From: an uncultured delta proteobacterium
GTDB taxonomy: Bacteria; Myxococcota; Myxococcia; Myxococcales; Anaeromyxobacteraceae
NCBI GenBank assembly: GCA_963766715.1
Contig: CAVYBH010000015.1
Span: 160,001-224,000, forward strand
Length of the DNA stretch: 64,000 nt
Direction: 5' to 3'
Under the pieces are notes generated by a model. That model was not told where the DNA came from. It searched no databases and saw only the letters and a list, made by a program, of their open reading frames with translations. The translations under genes and the position numbers were made by a program. This document shows positions 21,055 to 32,470 of this stretch, in pieces (the first letter of the stretch is position 1; every line of letters starts with the position of its first letter).

Positions 21055-22513
21055 ATGGTCGAGTTCGGAAAGCGGATCCTGTTCGTCGGGTACGGCGCGG
21101 TGGCCCAGTGCACGCTGCCCATCCTCATGAAGCACGTGAAGGTGAGCCCGAAGAACGTCACGGTGATGGACTTCGAGGACCGGCGGGAGGCGCTCGCGCC
21201 CTGGCTGAAGAAGGGCGTCCAGTTCGTCCAGAAGAAGATCACCCGCTCGAACATGACGTCGGTGCTGAAGAAGCACGTCGGCCCCGGCGACGTCATCATC
21301 GACCTGGCCTGGAACATCGACGCCGGCGAGATCCTCCAGTGGTGCCACGACCACGGCGTGCTCTACGTGAACACCTCGGTCGAGGTCTGGGACCCCTACG
21401 AGGGCGCCGAGGACAAGCACCCCACCGAGCGCACCCTCTACTGGCGCCACATGAACCTGCGAAAGATGATCGCCGGCTGGAAGGAGAAGGGCCCCACCGC
21501 GGTGCTCGAGCACGGCGCCAACCCCGGCCTGATCTCCCACTTCACCAAGCAGGGGCTCCTCGACATCGGCAAGAAGATGCTGAAGGACGGCAAGGCGAAG
21601 GGGAAGGACGCCGAGGAGATCCAGCAGCTCATGAAGGACCAGGCCTGGAACAAGCTGGCCCGGAAGCTGGGCGTGAAGGTGATCCACTGCAGCGAGCGCG
21701 ACACCCAGATCACGAACGTGCCGAAGAAGGTGGACGAGTTCGTGAACACCTGGAGCGTGGAGGGCTTCCGCGAGGAGGGCACGACCACCGCCGAGCTGGG
21801 CTGGGGCACCCACGAGAAGGAGCTCCCCGCCCTCGCGGTCGAGCACGCCAGCGGCCCGAAGAACCAGATCTGCCTGGCGCGCATGGGCATCAACACCTGG
21901 GTGGTCTCCTGGGTGCCGAACTACCGCATCCACGGCATGGTGGTCCGCCACGGCGAGGCCTTCACCATCAGCGACAAGCTGACGGTGTGGGAGGACGGCA
22001 AGGCGGTCTACCGCCCCACCGTCCACTACGCCTACTGCCCGAGCGACTCGGCCATCGTCTCCCTGAACGAGCTGCGCGGCTACGACTACGAGCTGCAGCC
22101 CACCTACCGCATCCTGAACGACGAGATCACCAGCGGCTCCGACATCCTCGGCGCCCTCATCATGGGGCACCCCTACAACTCCTGGTGGGTGGGCAGCGAC
22201 CTCTCCATCGAGGAGTCGCGCCGGCTCGTCCCGCACCAGAACGCCACCACCATGCAGGTGGCCATCTCGGTGGTCGCGGCCACGATGTGGATGGTCGAGA
22301 ACCCGGAGCGCGGCGTGGTGGTCCCGGACGACCTCCCGCACGAGTACGTGCTCAAGATCGCCAAGCCCTACCTGGGGAAGTGGATCTCCGAAGTCCTCCG
22401 ACTGGACCCCGCTCAAGCACTACACGAACGCCTTCCAGGGCCACAACAACCCGCAGATCGACGCCTCGGACCCCTGGCAGTTCAAGAACTTCCTCATCAC
22501 CGACGGCGACTAG
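21055..22513 (+). CDS. hss: Homospermidine synthase; frameshift near 22392
   Basis: VGYGAVA; NTSVEVW; EHGANPGLISHF; FVNTWSVEGFREEG; HGEA; YRPTVHYAY; QNATTMQVA; ends DPWQFKNFL in a second frame. Confidence 0.92.
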
Positions 22514-22535
22514 CGGCGAGCCCCGGGAGGGACAC

Positions 22536-23678
22536 ATGATCTCCGCGAAGCGCCTCCAGCAGCTGGCCCGGAAGCACGGCACGCCGCTCTTCGTCGTCGA
22601 CCACGACGAGGTCCGGAAGAACTACGCCACCTTCAAGAAGTACCTCCCCCGGGTGCAGGCCTACTACGCGGTCAAGGCCAACTCCGATCCGGCCATCGTG
22701 AAGACGCTCTTCGACGCCGGGGCCAGCTTCGACGTGGCCTCGATGCCGGAGTTCATGATCGTCTACGACCTCATCCGCGACATGCCGGAGAAGGAACGGC
22801 AGGCGTGGATCTGGGACAAGATCATCTACGCCAACCCGATCAAGGCGAACGGCACGCTGCGGCAGCTCGACCGCTACCGGCCGCTCGTCACCTACGACAA
22901 CCTCGAGGAGATCGGGAAGATCAAGAAGTACGCGCCCCGGGCCGGGCTCGCGCTGCGGCTGCGCGTGCCCAACACCGGGGCCATGGTGGAGCTCTCCTCC
23001 AAGTTCGGCGCGTCGTCGGGCGAGGCGGTGGACCTGATCCTCGAGGCCGTGAAGCAGGGGCTCACGGTGGAGGGGATCTGCTTCCACGTGGGCAGCCAGA
23101 CCACCAACTTCGACAACTACGTGCAGGCGCTGAACCTGGCCGCCAACGTCTTCCGGGAGGCCAAGGCCCGGGGCTACGGGAAGATGTTCCTGGTCGACAT
23201 CGGCGGCGGCTTCCCCGCCCCCTACGACGACACGGTGAAGCCCTTCCGCGAGCTGGCGAAGGTGCTCAACCGCGAGATCGACCGGCTCTTCCCCAAGGAC
23301 ATCCAGATCCTGGCCGAGCCGGGGCGATTCCTGGTGGCCACCGCCGGCACCGTGGTCTGCACCGTCATCGGCAAGGCCATCCGCGACGGGAAGCTCTGCT
23401 TCTACGTCGACGACGGCGTCTACCACACCTTCTCCGGCGTCATCTTCGACCACTGCCACTACCACTTCGACGCCTTCAAGAAGGGGCCCGAGGAGACCTG
23501 CTCGGTCTTCGGCCCCACCTGCGACGCGCTCGACGTGGTCTCGATGTCGGAGCGGCTGCCCGCGAACCTCAAGCTGGGCGACCTCGTCTACAGCAAGAAC
23601 ATCGGGGCCTACAGCCACGCCTCCTCGACCTCCTTCAACGGCTTCCCGCCCGCCAAGGTCGTGCACGTGAACCAGTAG
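22536..23678 (+). CDS. Fold-type III PLP-dependent ornithine (or lysine/ornithine) decarboxylase
   Basis: YYAVKAN (PLP Lys), FDVAS, KFG, FHVGSQ, DIGGGF, EPGRF, GPTCDALD, GAY..SFNGF. Confidence 0.9.
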   Translation: MISAKRLQQLARKHGTPLFVVDHDEVRKNYATFKKYLPRVQAYYAVKANSDPAIVKTLFDAGASFDVASMPEFMIVYDLIRDMPEKERQAWIWDKIIYANPIKANGTLRQLDRYRPLVTYDNLEEIGKIKKYAPRAGLALRLRVPNTGAMVELSSKFGASSGEAVDLILEAVKQGLTVEGICFHVGSQTTNFDNYVQALNLAANVFREAKARGYGKMFLVDIGGGFPAPYDDTVKPFRELAKVLNREIDRLFPKDIQILAEPGRFLVATAGTVVCTVIGKAIRDGKLCFYVDDGVYHTFSGVIFDHCHYHFDAFKKGPEETCSVFGPTCDALDVVSMSERLPANLKLGDLVYSKNIGAYSHASSTSFNGFPPAKVVHVNQ

Positions 23679-23689
23679 CGAGGCGACGC

Positions 23690-24088
23690 ATGCCGCATCT
23701 CCAGTTCGAGGTGAACTTCCAGGTCGCGCCGGAGGAGAAGCCCCGCTTCGCCGCGTCCGTGATCCGGCACTTCTCCGAGATCATGGACACCGGGACCGAC
23801 CACATCGCGGTCACGCTCCGCTGCTACGCCCCGGAGGACCTCACCTTCGGCCGGGCGGCGGCGAGCGGCGGGCGAACGGCCTTCGTGAACGCGGACATCC
23901 GCCTGGGACGGACGAAGGAGCAGAAGCGGAGGCTCGCCCTCGCCTACATCGACGAGATCTCGCGCACATGGGGGCTTTCGCGGGAGGCGGTCTACGTCAT
24001 CTTCACCGAGCACGACGGAGAGCATTTTCAGCTGTCGGATCGGGTACTTCCGTCCTGGTCGTCGGGAGAGGATCCGCTGCGCGATTAA
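23690..24088 (+). CDS. Tautomerase superfamily protein (Pro-1, fused two-unit type)
   Basis: Starts MPHLQF; GRTKEQKRRLA...VYVIFTEH; about 132 aa. Confidence 0.75.
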   Translation: MPHLQFEVNFQVAPEEKPRFAASVIRHFSEIMDTGTDHIAVTLRCYAPEDLTFGRAAASGGRTAFVNADIRLGRTKEQKRRLALAYIDEISRTWGLSREAVYVIFTEHDGEHFQLSDRVLPSWSSGEDPLRD

Positions 24089-24157
24089 GCGCCCGCGATT
24101 CGCAGTACCATTGAAGAGAAGACGGCTTCGCCGCGTCTGCATCACAGAGGTGACGCC

Positions 24158-25163
24158 ATGAAGTGCTTCTCTCGCGCCGTGGTGCTGTCCGCATCGCTCG
24201 CGCTGATACCGGCGCTCGCCGGCGCCGACGACTACGCGCCTCAGCCGGTCCAGCCCGACTCGGCGGAGCCCAACTGGGTACCGCCTCCTCCCACCCAGGT
24301 CGACGCCACGACCGGCGAGGAGGTCGCGGTGCAGCCGTCCGCGCCCGCCGGGCAGTGGGTCTACACGAGCCAGTACGGCTGGGTGTGGATGCCCTACGGG
24401 AACTCGTACACGTACATCCCGACCACCGGCACCCCCAACATGTACGTCTACTACCCGGCGGTCGGGTGGTCCTGGGTCGTTGCACCGTGGGTATGGGGCT
24501 GGGGCGCGATGCCCTGGTTCGGCTACGCGGGCTACGGCGGATACCCCTGGTACGGCTACGGGTACGGGCGCTGGTACGGCTACGCGCGCCCCTACGCCTA
24601 CGCCGGCTGGTACGGCGGCGGCTACTACCACGGCGGCCACTGGAACGCCCCGGCGCCGCGGCCCGGCGGCGTGCCTCCTGCGCCGCCTCGCGCGGGCGGC
24701 GCCGCCGCTGCGCGCGCCGGCGGACGGGCGCCCCGCCTCGCGCCGGCACTCCGGGCGCCCCCCCCCGGGCCGGCGTAACGGGCGCTGCTCCTCGCGCCGG
24801 CGTTCCCGGCACGGCCCCTCGCGCCGCGGCGGGCGCCTCGACCCGCGTCGGCGCGGTTCCTCCGGGCCGTGCGGCCGGTCTGCCGGCGTCGTTCTCGGCC
24901 GGGCGAGGCTACACGGCAGGCGGGCCGCGCCTTCACGTCCCCGTCGCGCACCTTCTCCTCGGTGGGACAGGGCTTCTCGCGGAGCTTCGCCGCGGCGGCG
25001 CCGCGCGGCGGCTTCGGCGGCGGAGGCTACGGTGGCGGTGGGCACGCCGCGAGCTTCGGCGGCGGGGCCGGGCGGTCCCGGCGGCGGCGGCTTCGGTGGA
25101 GGCGGGCACGGTGGCGGTGGCGGTGGCGGGCACGGTGGTGGCGGCGGCGGCGGACGCCGATGA
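24158..25163 (+). CDS. Secreted hypothetical protein with Trp/Tyr/Gly-rich domain and PRAG/Gly-rich low-complexity tail; frameshifted
   Basis: Signal peptide; GQWVYTSQYGWVWMPY; repeated PRAG units; ends GGGHGGGGGGGRR* at 25163 in another frame. Confidence 0.6.
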
Positions 25164-25191
25164 AGCCGGCTTCGTGCTAGGAAAGGCGCCG

Positions 25192-25734
25192 ATGACCGCA
25201 TCGGCACCTTTCCGCTCCCTGCTGCTCGCCATCCTGCTGCTCGCTCCGGCCGGGCGAGCCCTGCCCGCGGACCCTCCTGCCTCCACGCTGCCGCCCCTGC
25301 TCCCCAGCTCGTCGGTCGGCGCGGTGCTGCTCAAGCGGAGCGCGCTGGAGCTCACGCCGGAGCAGGTGAAGCAGCTCGAGCAGGTGCAGGCGCGGCTCGT
25401 CCGGGACCAGGCGGCCGCGCGGGAGGCGGCGGCCCACCCTCCGGAGCCGTCCGGTCCCGCCAACGCGCCTCCGCCCCCCAAGGCGACCGGAGCCGGCGGT
25501 GGTGGCCCGGGCCCCGGGATGTCCGGCGGGAAGACGCGCCCCCCTCCGAACATCCGCTCCGGCGGCGCCGATCAGTCCCTTGCGCTCGAGCAGCGGCTCG
25601 ACGAGCTCGACACGGAGGCCTTCCTGAAGGCGGTGGAGCTCCTCCCCGAGGCACAGCGGGAGAAGGCCGTCGACGTCGCGTCCCGGTACCGGGAGCAGCT
25701 CTTCGAGCAGCGGGAGCGGGAGAAGAAGCGGTAG
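25192..25734 (+). CDS. Periplasmic helical hypothetical protein (Spy/CpxP-like LTxxQ motif)
   Basis: Signal peptide, LELTPEQVKQLEQ, Pro/Gly insert, LLPEAQREKA. Confidence 0.55.
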   Translation: MTASAPFRSLLLAILLLAPAGRALPADPPASTLPPLLPSSSVGAVLLKRSALELTPEQVKQLEQVQARLVRDQAAAREAAAHPPEPSGPANAPPPPKATGAGGGGPGPGMSGGKTRPPPNIRSGGADQSLALEQRLDELDTEAFLKAVELLPEAQREKAVDVASRYREQLFEQREREKKR

Positions 25735-25819
25735 CGGCGCCCCACTCCTAGCCCGCTTGGGTCCTGCGCGCGGGGCCTCCCGGGGGCCCGGGCAGGTCCC
25801 GTGGGAAGATGCCCGGCTC

Positions 25820-26542
25820 ATGAAACCCATCGTCAAGCCTGGCGCCTCGTCGGCCCGCACCCTCTGCATCGACATCGGCGGGACCGGGCTCAAGTCGATG
25901 ATCGTGTCGGCCCAGGGCAAGCCCCTCAGCGAGCGGGCCCGCATCCCGACCCCCCGGCCCGCCACGCCCCGGGCCGTCCTGGCCGCCCTGCAGCAGTCCA
26001 TGCCCCCTCGAACCGAGTTCGACCGGGTCTCGGTCGGCTTTCCCGGCGTGGTGATCGACGGCGTCGTGAAGACGGCGCCCAACATGCACCGGACCTGGGC
26101 GGGCTTCGACCTGGCCACGGCCCTCCTCCGGGCCACCGGGCGCCCCACCCGCGCCCTGAACGACGCCGGCGTCCAGGGGCACGGGGCCATCCAGGGCCGG
26201 GGCGTGGAGATCTGCGTCACCCTCGGCACCGGCTTCGGCTTCTCGCTCTTCGTGAACGGGCACTACGTCCCCAACGTCGAGCTGGGGCACCATCCCTTCC
26301 GAAAGGGCAAGACCTACGAGGACCTCCTGGGCGCCCGGGGGCTCGAGCAGGCCGGCAAGAAGAGGTGGAACCGGTCGCTCGAGCGCGCCCTGCAGCAGCT
26401 GCAGGACACGTTCAACTTCCGCGCCCTGTACATCGGGGGCGGCAACGCGAAGAAGGTCGCGCTGCGCCTGCCGAGAAACGTCCGCCTGGTGGAGAACGTG
26501 GCCGGCCTTCTCGGCGGCGTGAAGCTCTGGGAGCGGGACTAG
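25820..26542 (+). CDS. ROK-family sugar kinase, polyphosphate glucokinase-like
   Basis: [43 protein letters not shown]. Confidence 0.82.
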   Translation: MKPIVKPGASSARTLCIDIGGTGLKSMIVSAQGKPLSERARIPTPRPATPRAVLAALQQSMPPRTEFDRVSVGFPGVVIDGVVKTAPNMHRTWAGFDLATALLRATGRPTRALNDAGVQGHGAIQGRGVEICVTLGTGFGFSLFVNGHYVPNVELGHHPFRKGKTYEDLLGARGLEQAGKKRWNRSLERALQQLQDTFNFRALYIGGGNAKKVALRLPRNVRLVENVAGLLGGVKLWERD

Positions 26543-26549
26543 CCGGCCG

Positions 26550-28192
26550 CTACCCCGCCAGCGCGCGGGCCACGATCCGGCGGGCCTCCTCGACGATGGC
26601 GGCCAGGTGCTTCTCGTCCCGGAAGCTCTCCGCGTAGATCTTGTAGATGTTCTCCGTCCCGGACGGGCGCGCCGCGAACCAGCCGTTCTCGGCGACGACC
26701 TTGAGGCCGCCGATGGGCGCGCCGTTGCCCGGGGCCCGGGTGAGCTTCGCCACGATGGGCTCGCCGGCCAGCTCGGCGTCCTTCACCGCGTCGGGGGAGA
26801 GCTTCGAGAGCCGCGCCTTCTCGGCCGGCGTCGCCTCGGCGTCGATGCGGGTGTAGCAGGGGCGATCCGAACTCGGCGGTCAGCTCCCGGTAGTGCTCGC
26901 CCGGCTCCTTCCCCGTCCGCGCCGTCATCTCGGCGGCGAGGAGGTTCATGATCAGGCCGTCCTTGTCGGTGGTCCACACCGTCCCGTCGAGCCGCAGGAA
27001 GCTGGCGCCCGCGCTCTCCTCCCCCCCGAAGCAGGTCGAGCCGTCGAAGAGGCCGGAGACGAACCACTTGAAGCCGACCGGCACCTCGGAAAGGCGGCGC
27101 CCCAGCCGGGCCACGACCCGGTCGATCATGCTGCTGGACACAAGCGTCTTTCCCACCGCGGCGTCCTTGCGCCAGCGGGGCCGGTGGCCGAGGAGGTAGC
27201 GGATGGCCACCGCCAGGTAGTGGTTGGGGTTCAGGAGCCCGGCCGAGGGCGTGACGATCCCGTGCCGGTCGGAGTCGGGGTCGTTGGCGAAGGCCACGCG
27301 GAAGCGGTCCTTGAGGCCGACCAGGCCCGCCATGGCCTAGGGGCTCGAGCAGTCCATCCGGATCTTGCCGTCGTGGTCGACGGTCATGAAGCGGAACCGG
27401 GGGTCGACGACCGGGTTCACCACCTTCACGTCGATCCCGTACTCGCGTTGATGGGCTCCCAGTAGTGGCGCGCGGCGCCGCCCAGCGGATCGACCCCGAG
27501 GACAGGCGGGCGTCGCGGATGGCCGCCAGGTCGACGACGTTCGCCAGGTCCTTCACGTAGGGGAGGACGAGGTCCTCCTGCCGGGTGGTGGCGGCCCGGA
27601 GCGCGGCCTCGTACCCCACCCGCCTGACGCCGGCGTTGCCGGCCCGGAGCAGCTCGTTGGCGCGGTCCTGGATCCAGCCGGTCACGTCGGTGTCGGCCGG
27701 GCCGCCGTTCGTCGGGTTGTACTTGAACCCTCCGTCCTCGGGCGGGTTGTGCGACGGCGTGACCACGATGCCGTCGGCGAGCCGCTCCCGGCGCCCGCGG
27801 TTGTGGGCAAGGATGGCGCGGGAGATGACGGGCGTCGGGGTGAACCCGTCGCCGGCCTGGATGACCGTCTCGACCCCGTTCGCCGCCAGCACCTCCAGGG
27901 CCGTCCGCTGGGCGGGGCCGGAGAGGGCGTGGGTGTCTTTTCCCAGGTAGAGGGGGCCGTCGGTGCCGGCCTTGCGCCGCTAGTCGCAGATGGCCTGGGT
28001 GGTGGCGAGGATGTGGGCCTCGTTGAAGGAGCCGCGCAGCGACGAGCCGCGGTGGCCGCTCGTGCCGAAGGCCACCAGCTGCGTGGGGTCGGAGGGATCG
28101 GGCTTGCCCTCGAAGTAGGCGCGCTCGAGGCGAGCGAGGTCCACCAGGAGCTGCGTCGGCGCGGGCTTGCCCGCGAGCGGGGAGAGGGCCAC
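26550..28192 (-). CDS. pgm: Phosphoglucomutase (alpha-D-glucose-1,6-bisphosphate dependent); frameshifts and two in-frame TAGs
   Basis: [60 protein letters not shown]. Confidence 0.92.
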
Positions 28193-30665
28193 TCATTCCT
28201 CCATCGGTGCGGTCCCGGGGACCGGGCAGGGTACGACGTTCCAGATCCCGGCAGCGTACTCGGAGATGGTCCGATTGCTCGAGAACCTTCCGGAGCTTGC
28301 CACGTTCAGGACGACCTGGCGGTTCCAGGCGTGGGGTCGGCGTGGAGGCGGCCGGCGCGCTCGCTCGCCTCGCAGTAGGAACGGAGGTCCGCGAGGTGCA
28401 TGTAGGGATCGCCGGCCTCGAGCAGCTCGTGGCGCAGCGGCTCGAAGATCCCCGGCTCGTTCCGGCTGAAGTGGTCGGAGAAGACCAGGTCGAGCGCGGC
28501 GCGGATCTCCGGGTCGTGGTCGTAGTGCCAGCGGGGGTCGTACCAGGAGCGGCTGCGCTCCACCTCGTCGGCGGTGAGCCCGAAGAGGAAGAAGTTCTCC
28601 TCCCCCGCCGCGGCCGCCATCTCGATGGTCGCCCCGTCCCGCGTCCCCAGGGTGAGCGCGCCGTTCATCATGAACTTCATGTTGCTCGTGCCGCTCGCCT
28701 CGTAGCCGGCCGTGGAGATCTGGTTGGAGAGGTCGGCGGCCGGGATGAGCCGCTCGGCCAGCGAGACGTTGTACTCGGGCAGGAACAGGACGCTCAGGGT
28801 GCGCCGGATCTCCGGGTCGCCGTCGAGGGTCCCGGCCAGGTTGTTCAGGAACTTGATGACGAGCTTGGCGAGCCGGTAGGCGGGCGCCGCCTTGCCGGCG
28901 AAGAGGAAGGTCCGCGGCGCCATCCGGAAGTAGGGATCCCGGCGCAGCCGGTCGTAGAGCATCACGATGCGCAGGCCGTTCAGGAGCTGCCGCTTGTACT
29001 CGTGGATGCGCTTCACATGGCAGTCGAAGAGCGAGTCGGGGTCGACGGCCTGCCCGCACCGCGCGGCCAGCCAGCCGGCGAAGCGGACCTTCTCCTGGCG
29101 CTTGGCCGCCGCCACCTGCTCGCGGAAGGCCGCGTCGTCGGCCAGCGGCCGCAGCTTGGCCAGCTCGGACAGGTCGGTCACCCAGCCGTCGCCGATGGCG
29201 GCGGTGATCACCGGGAGAGGGACGGGTTGCAGAGGCGCAGCCAGCGGCGCGGCGTGACCCCGTTCGTCTTGTTGTTGAACCGCTCCGGGTACATCTCGGC
29301 CAGGTCCTTCACGGTGCGGGTGCGGAGCAGCGGCTGTGGATCTCGGCGACGCCGTTCGTGGAGTGGGTTCCGACGACGGCCAGGTGGGCCATGCGCACCT
29401 TCTTCGGCTCGCCCTCCTCGAACAGGCTGGTGCGGGAGACGCGCGCCTCGTCGCCCGGGAAGCGCCTCCGGACGTCGTCGAGAAGCCGCCGGTTCACCTC
29501 GTCGACGATCTCCAGGTGGCGGGGAATGAGGAGCGCGAACCACTCCACCGGCCAGCGCTCCAGCGCCTCGGGGAGCAGGGTGTGGTTCGTGTAGGCGAGC
29601 GTCCGCCGGGTGAGGTCCCAGGCGTCGTCCCAGCCGAGGTGCGCGTCGTCGAGCAGGATGCGCATCAGCTCCGGCACCGCCAGCGACGGATGGGTGTCGT
29701 TCAGCTGGATGGCCACCTTGTCCGGCAGGGCATGCCAGTCCTCGCCTCCCTGCACGAAGCGGCGGATCAGGTCGGCGAGCGAGCAGGCCACCAGGAAGTA
29801 CTCCTGGAAGAAGCGCAGCGCTTGCCCGGCGTGGGTCGAGTCGTCCGGGTAGAGCACCCGGGTGAGCGACTCGGCCGCCAGCGTCGCCGCCAGCGCCCCG
29901 ACAAAGTTGCCGGTGCAGAACGTCTGGAGGTCGAAGGAGTCCGGCGCACCCGCCGCCCAGAGCCGGAGCGTGTTGATGTTCTTGCCGCCGTAGCCGACGA
30001 CCGGGCGGTCGAAGGGGATCCCGAGGAGCGACGACGGGTGGCCCGGGATGGCCCGGAGCATCCCCTCCACGATCTCGAACTTGCAGTTGATGCGGACCTC
30101 GACCCGTTCGAGCGGCCGGACCACCTCCCAGGGATCCGGGTGGCGGAGCCAGTTGTCGGGGCGCTCGACCTGCCAGCCGTCCTGGAGGCCCTGGCGGAAC
30201 ATCCGTACTCGTAGCGAAGCCCGTACCCATGGCGGGGACTGCAAGGTGGCCATGGAGTCGAGGAAGCAGGCCGCCAGCCTTCCCAGGCCGCCGTTGCCCA
30301 GCCCGGCGTCGGGCTCCTGCTCGACCAGGTTCGGCCAGTCGAGCTTCTTCGCCTTCACCGCCCGCTGCATCACCGGCTCGAGCCGCAGGTTGGTGATGTT
30401 GCTCGAGAGGGAGCGGCCGAGCAGGTACTCCATGGAGAGGTAGTAGAGCCGCTTCGGGTCCGCCTTCGCGTACGCCGCGTGCGACGCCACCCAGCGCTGG
30501 GCCAGCACGTCGCGAACGGCCCGGGCGAAGGCCTCGAAGCGATCCCGGCGGCTCGCGTCCCGGGTATTGATCGCCCGGTCGAAGAGCAGGTGGCGCTCGT
30601 AGAGCCCGTCGTGGGCGCCGGAGACTGGAGCGGCCCGCAGCCGGTAGGGTGATGTCCCGGGCCAT
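28193..30665 (-). CDS. glgP: Glycogen/maltodextrin phosphorylase (frameshifted)
   Basis: [63 protein letters not shown]. Confidence 0.93.
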
Positions 30666-30699
30666 CAGGGTTCCCCTTCCCGGCTCCGGGCGCCGTACC

Positions 30700-31134
30700 G
30701 GCGCTCGATATTCGGATTTGCTCGATCCGCGTGGTGGCGCGGCTCTCCGCCGTAGCGGGTGATGAGGGCAAGATGCGGGCGAGCTCACGGGCCAGTCCCG
30801 CCCGACCACGAGCCCGCCCAGGACGAGCACGTTCATGTCGTCGTGCTCGACGCCCTGGTGGGCCGAGTAGCTGTCGTGGCAGAGCCCGGCCCGGATCCCG
30901 GGCAGCTTGTTGGCCGCCACCGCCGCGCCCACGCCGCTGCCGCAGAGCAGCACGCCTCGCTCGGCCTTGCCGGCCAGGACCGCCTTGCCGACCGCCTCGG
31001 CGTAGATGGGGTAGTCGAGGGTCCTGCCCGTCGGTTCCCACGTCGACGATCACGTGCCCGTCCCCCGCCAGGAAGGCGGAGAGGTCCCGCTTCAGCTCGA
31101 AGCCCGCGTGGTCGCTTCCGATGACGACGCGCAT
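30700..31134 (-). CDS. rpiB: Ribose-5-phosphate isomerase B (frameshifted; 3' end approximate)
   Basis: [38 protein letters not shown]. Confidence 0.88.
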
Positions 31135-31136
31135 GC

Positions 31137-31855
31137 CTACCTCCGGCCCGGGACCTCCTCTGCGATCCCGAGGTTCGCGCCGCGGCCCGATCGGCGAGCG
31201 CGAGGGCGTGGTCGGACCGGACGCGCCCCGCCGGGATGGCGGGGTCGCCGGCCAGCAACCGGGGCAGCACCGGCGCCTTGTCCGCCCCGGTGACGAGCCA
31301 CAGGACGTGCCGCGCCCGATCGAGCACCGGGTAGGTGAGGGTCATCCGCCGGCGCCCGGCGTAAGGACCGGTCATGGCCACGTCGGCGTCCTCTACCTCC
31401 AGCACCGGGTCGCCCGGGACGAGCGAGGCCGTGTGCCCGTCGGACCCGAGGCCGAGGTGGACCACGTCGAGGACCGCCGGCGCGCCCGTCGCTTCGGCCA
31501 GGCCTCGCGCGTAGGCCGCGCAGGCGGCCGCCAGGTCGGCCTCCTCGACCGGCATGGCGTGCAGGTTCCCGGGAGGGATCGGCGCGCCCGCCGAGCAGGC
31601 TCTCCCTGAGGTGGGTGAGGTTCCGGTCCGGATCGCCGGCCGGGGCGACCCGCTCGTCCACCTGGAAGACGTGCACCTCGCGCCAGGGGACGTCCTCGGC
31701 GGCGAGCGCCCGGAGCATCTGCCAGGGCGTCCGGCCCCCGCTCACCGCCAGCGCGAACCGGCCGCGCGCGGCGACGGCCTCGCGGGCCTGGAGCGCGATC
31801 CAGGCCGCCGCACGCTGCGCCGCGGCATCGGCATCGGGGAGGACTCGAGCTTCAC
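31137..31855 (-). CDS. pgl: 6-phosphogluconolactonase (frameshifted)
   Basis: LAVSGGRTP, FQVDERV, LGLGSDGHTASL, RMTLTYP, VTGADK. Confidence 0.88.
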
Positions 31856-32461
31856 GGGGCCTCCCCCGGATCGTAGCGTCCGTTCCAGGCGCGGACCACA
31901 GGCTGTTCGTGCTCGTGCCCGAGGATGCCGAGCGACGCCGTGTCGAGGGCGAAGAGGCGCCCCCCCGCGGGAGGGAGCCCGAGCCAACGGGCGGCCAGGA
32001 TGCGCAGCACGTGGCCGTGCGCGAAGAGGGCCACGTCGCCCGGGGCGGCGCGGGCGCGGGCGATGACCCGGTCCACCCGGGCGCCCACCTGGGCGAGCGC
32101 CTCGCCCCCGGGAACGGCTCCTGTCCAGATCGTCCAGCCGGGAACCTCGGCGCGGATCTGCTCATTCGTCCGCCCCTCGTAGGTACCGTAGTCCCACTCG
32201 GCCAGGTCGGCGTCCACCTGCGCCGCCTCCCCCAGCCCCGCCAGCACGCAGGTCTCACGCGCGCGGGAGAGCGGGCTCGTGAGGACCTGCGCGAACTCCC
32301 GGGCCGTGAGGTGGGGGCGCGAGCGTCCGGGCCTGCAGGACGCCGCGCTCCGTGAGCGGGACGTCGGTGCGGCCGGTGTGGCGGCCCGTGAGGCTCCAGG
32401 CCGTCTCTCCGTGCCGGACGAGCCACAGCTCCGGCCTCCTCCCCGCGTCCACGGCGGTCAC
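31852..32461 (-). CDS. Histidine phosphatase (phosphoglycerate mutase superfamily); frameshifted near 32250-32325
   Basis: [45 protein letters not shown]. Confidence 0.85.
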
Positions 32462-32470
32462 CGCCGCCCC

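Noticed and set aside
21108..23678. Apparent 856 aa decarboxylase with long N-terminal extension
   Set aside because: The extension is an off-frame reading of hss; the real start is ATG 22536 after a GGAGG RBS
27337..27982. Genome-wide TAG recoding or true pgm pseudogene
   Set aside because: TAG ends many genes here (e.g. 6533, 10546, 17712, 23678), and the general error load explains the lesions more simply
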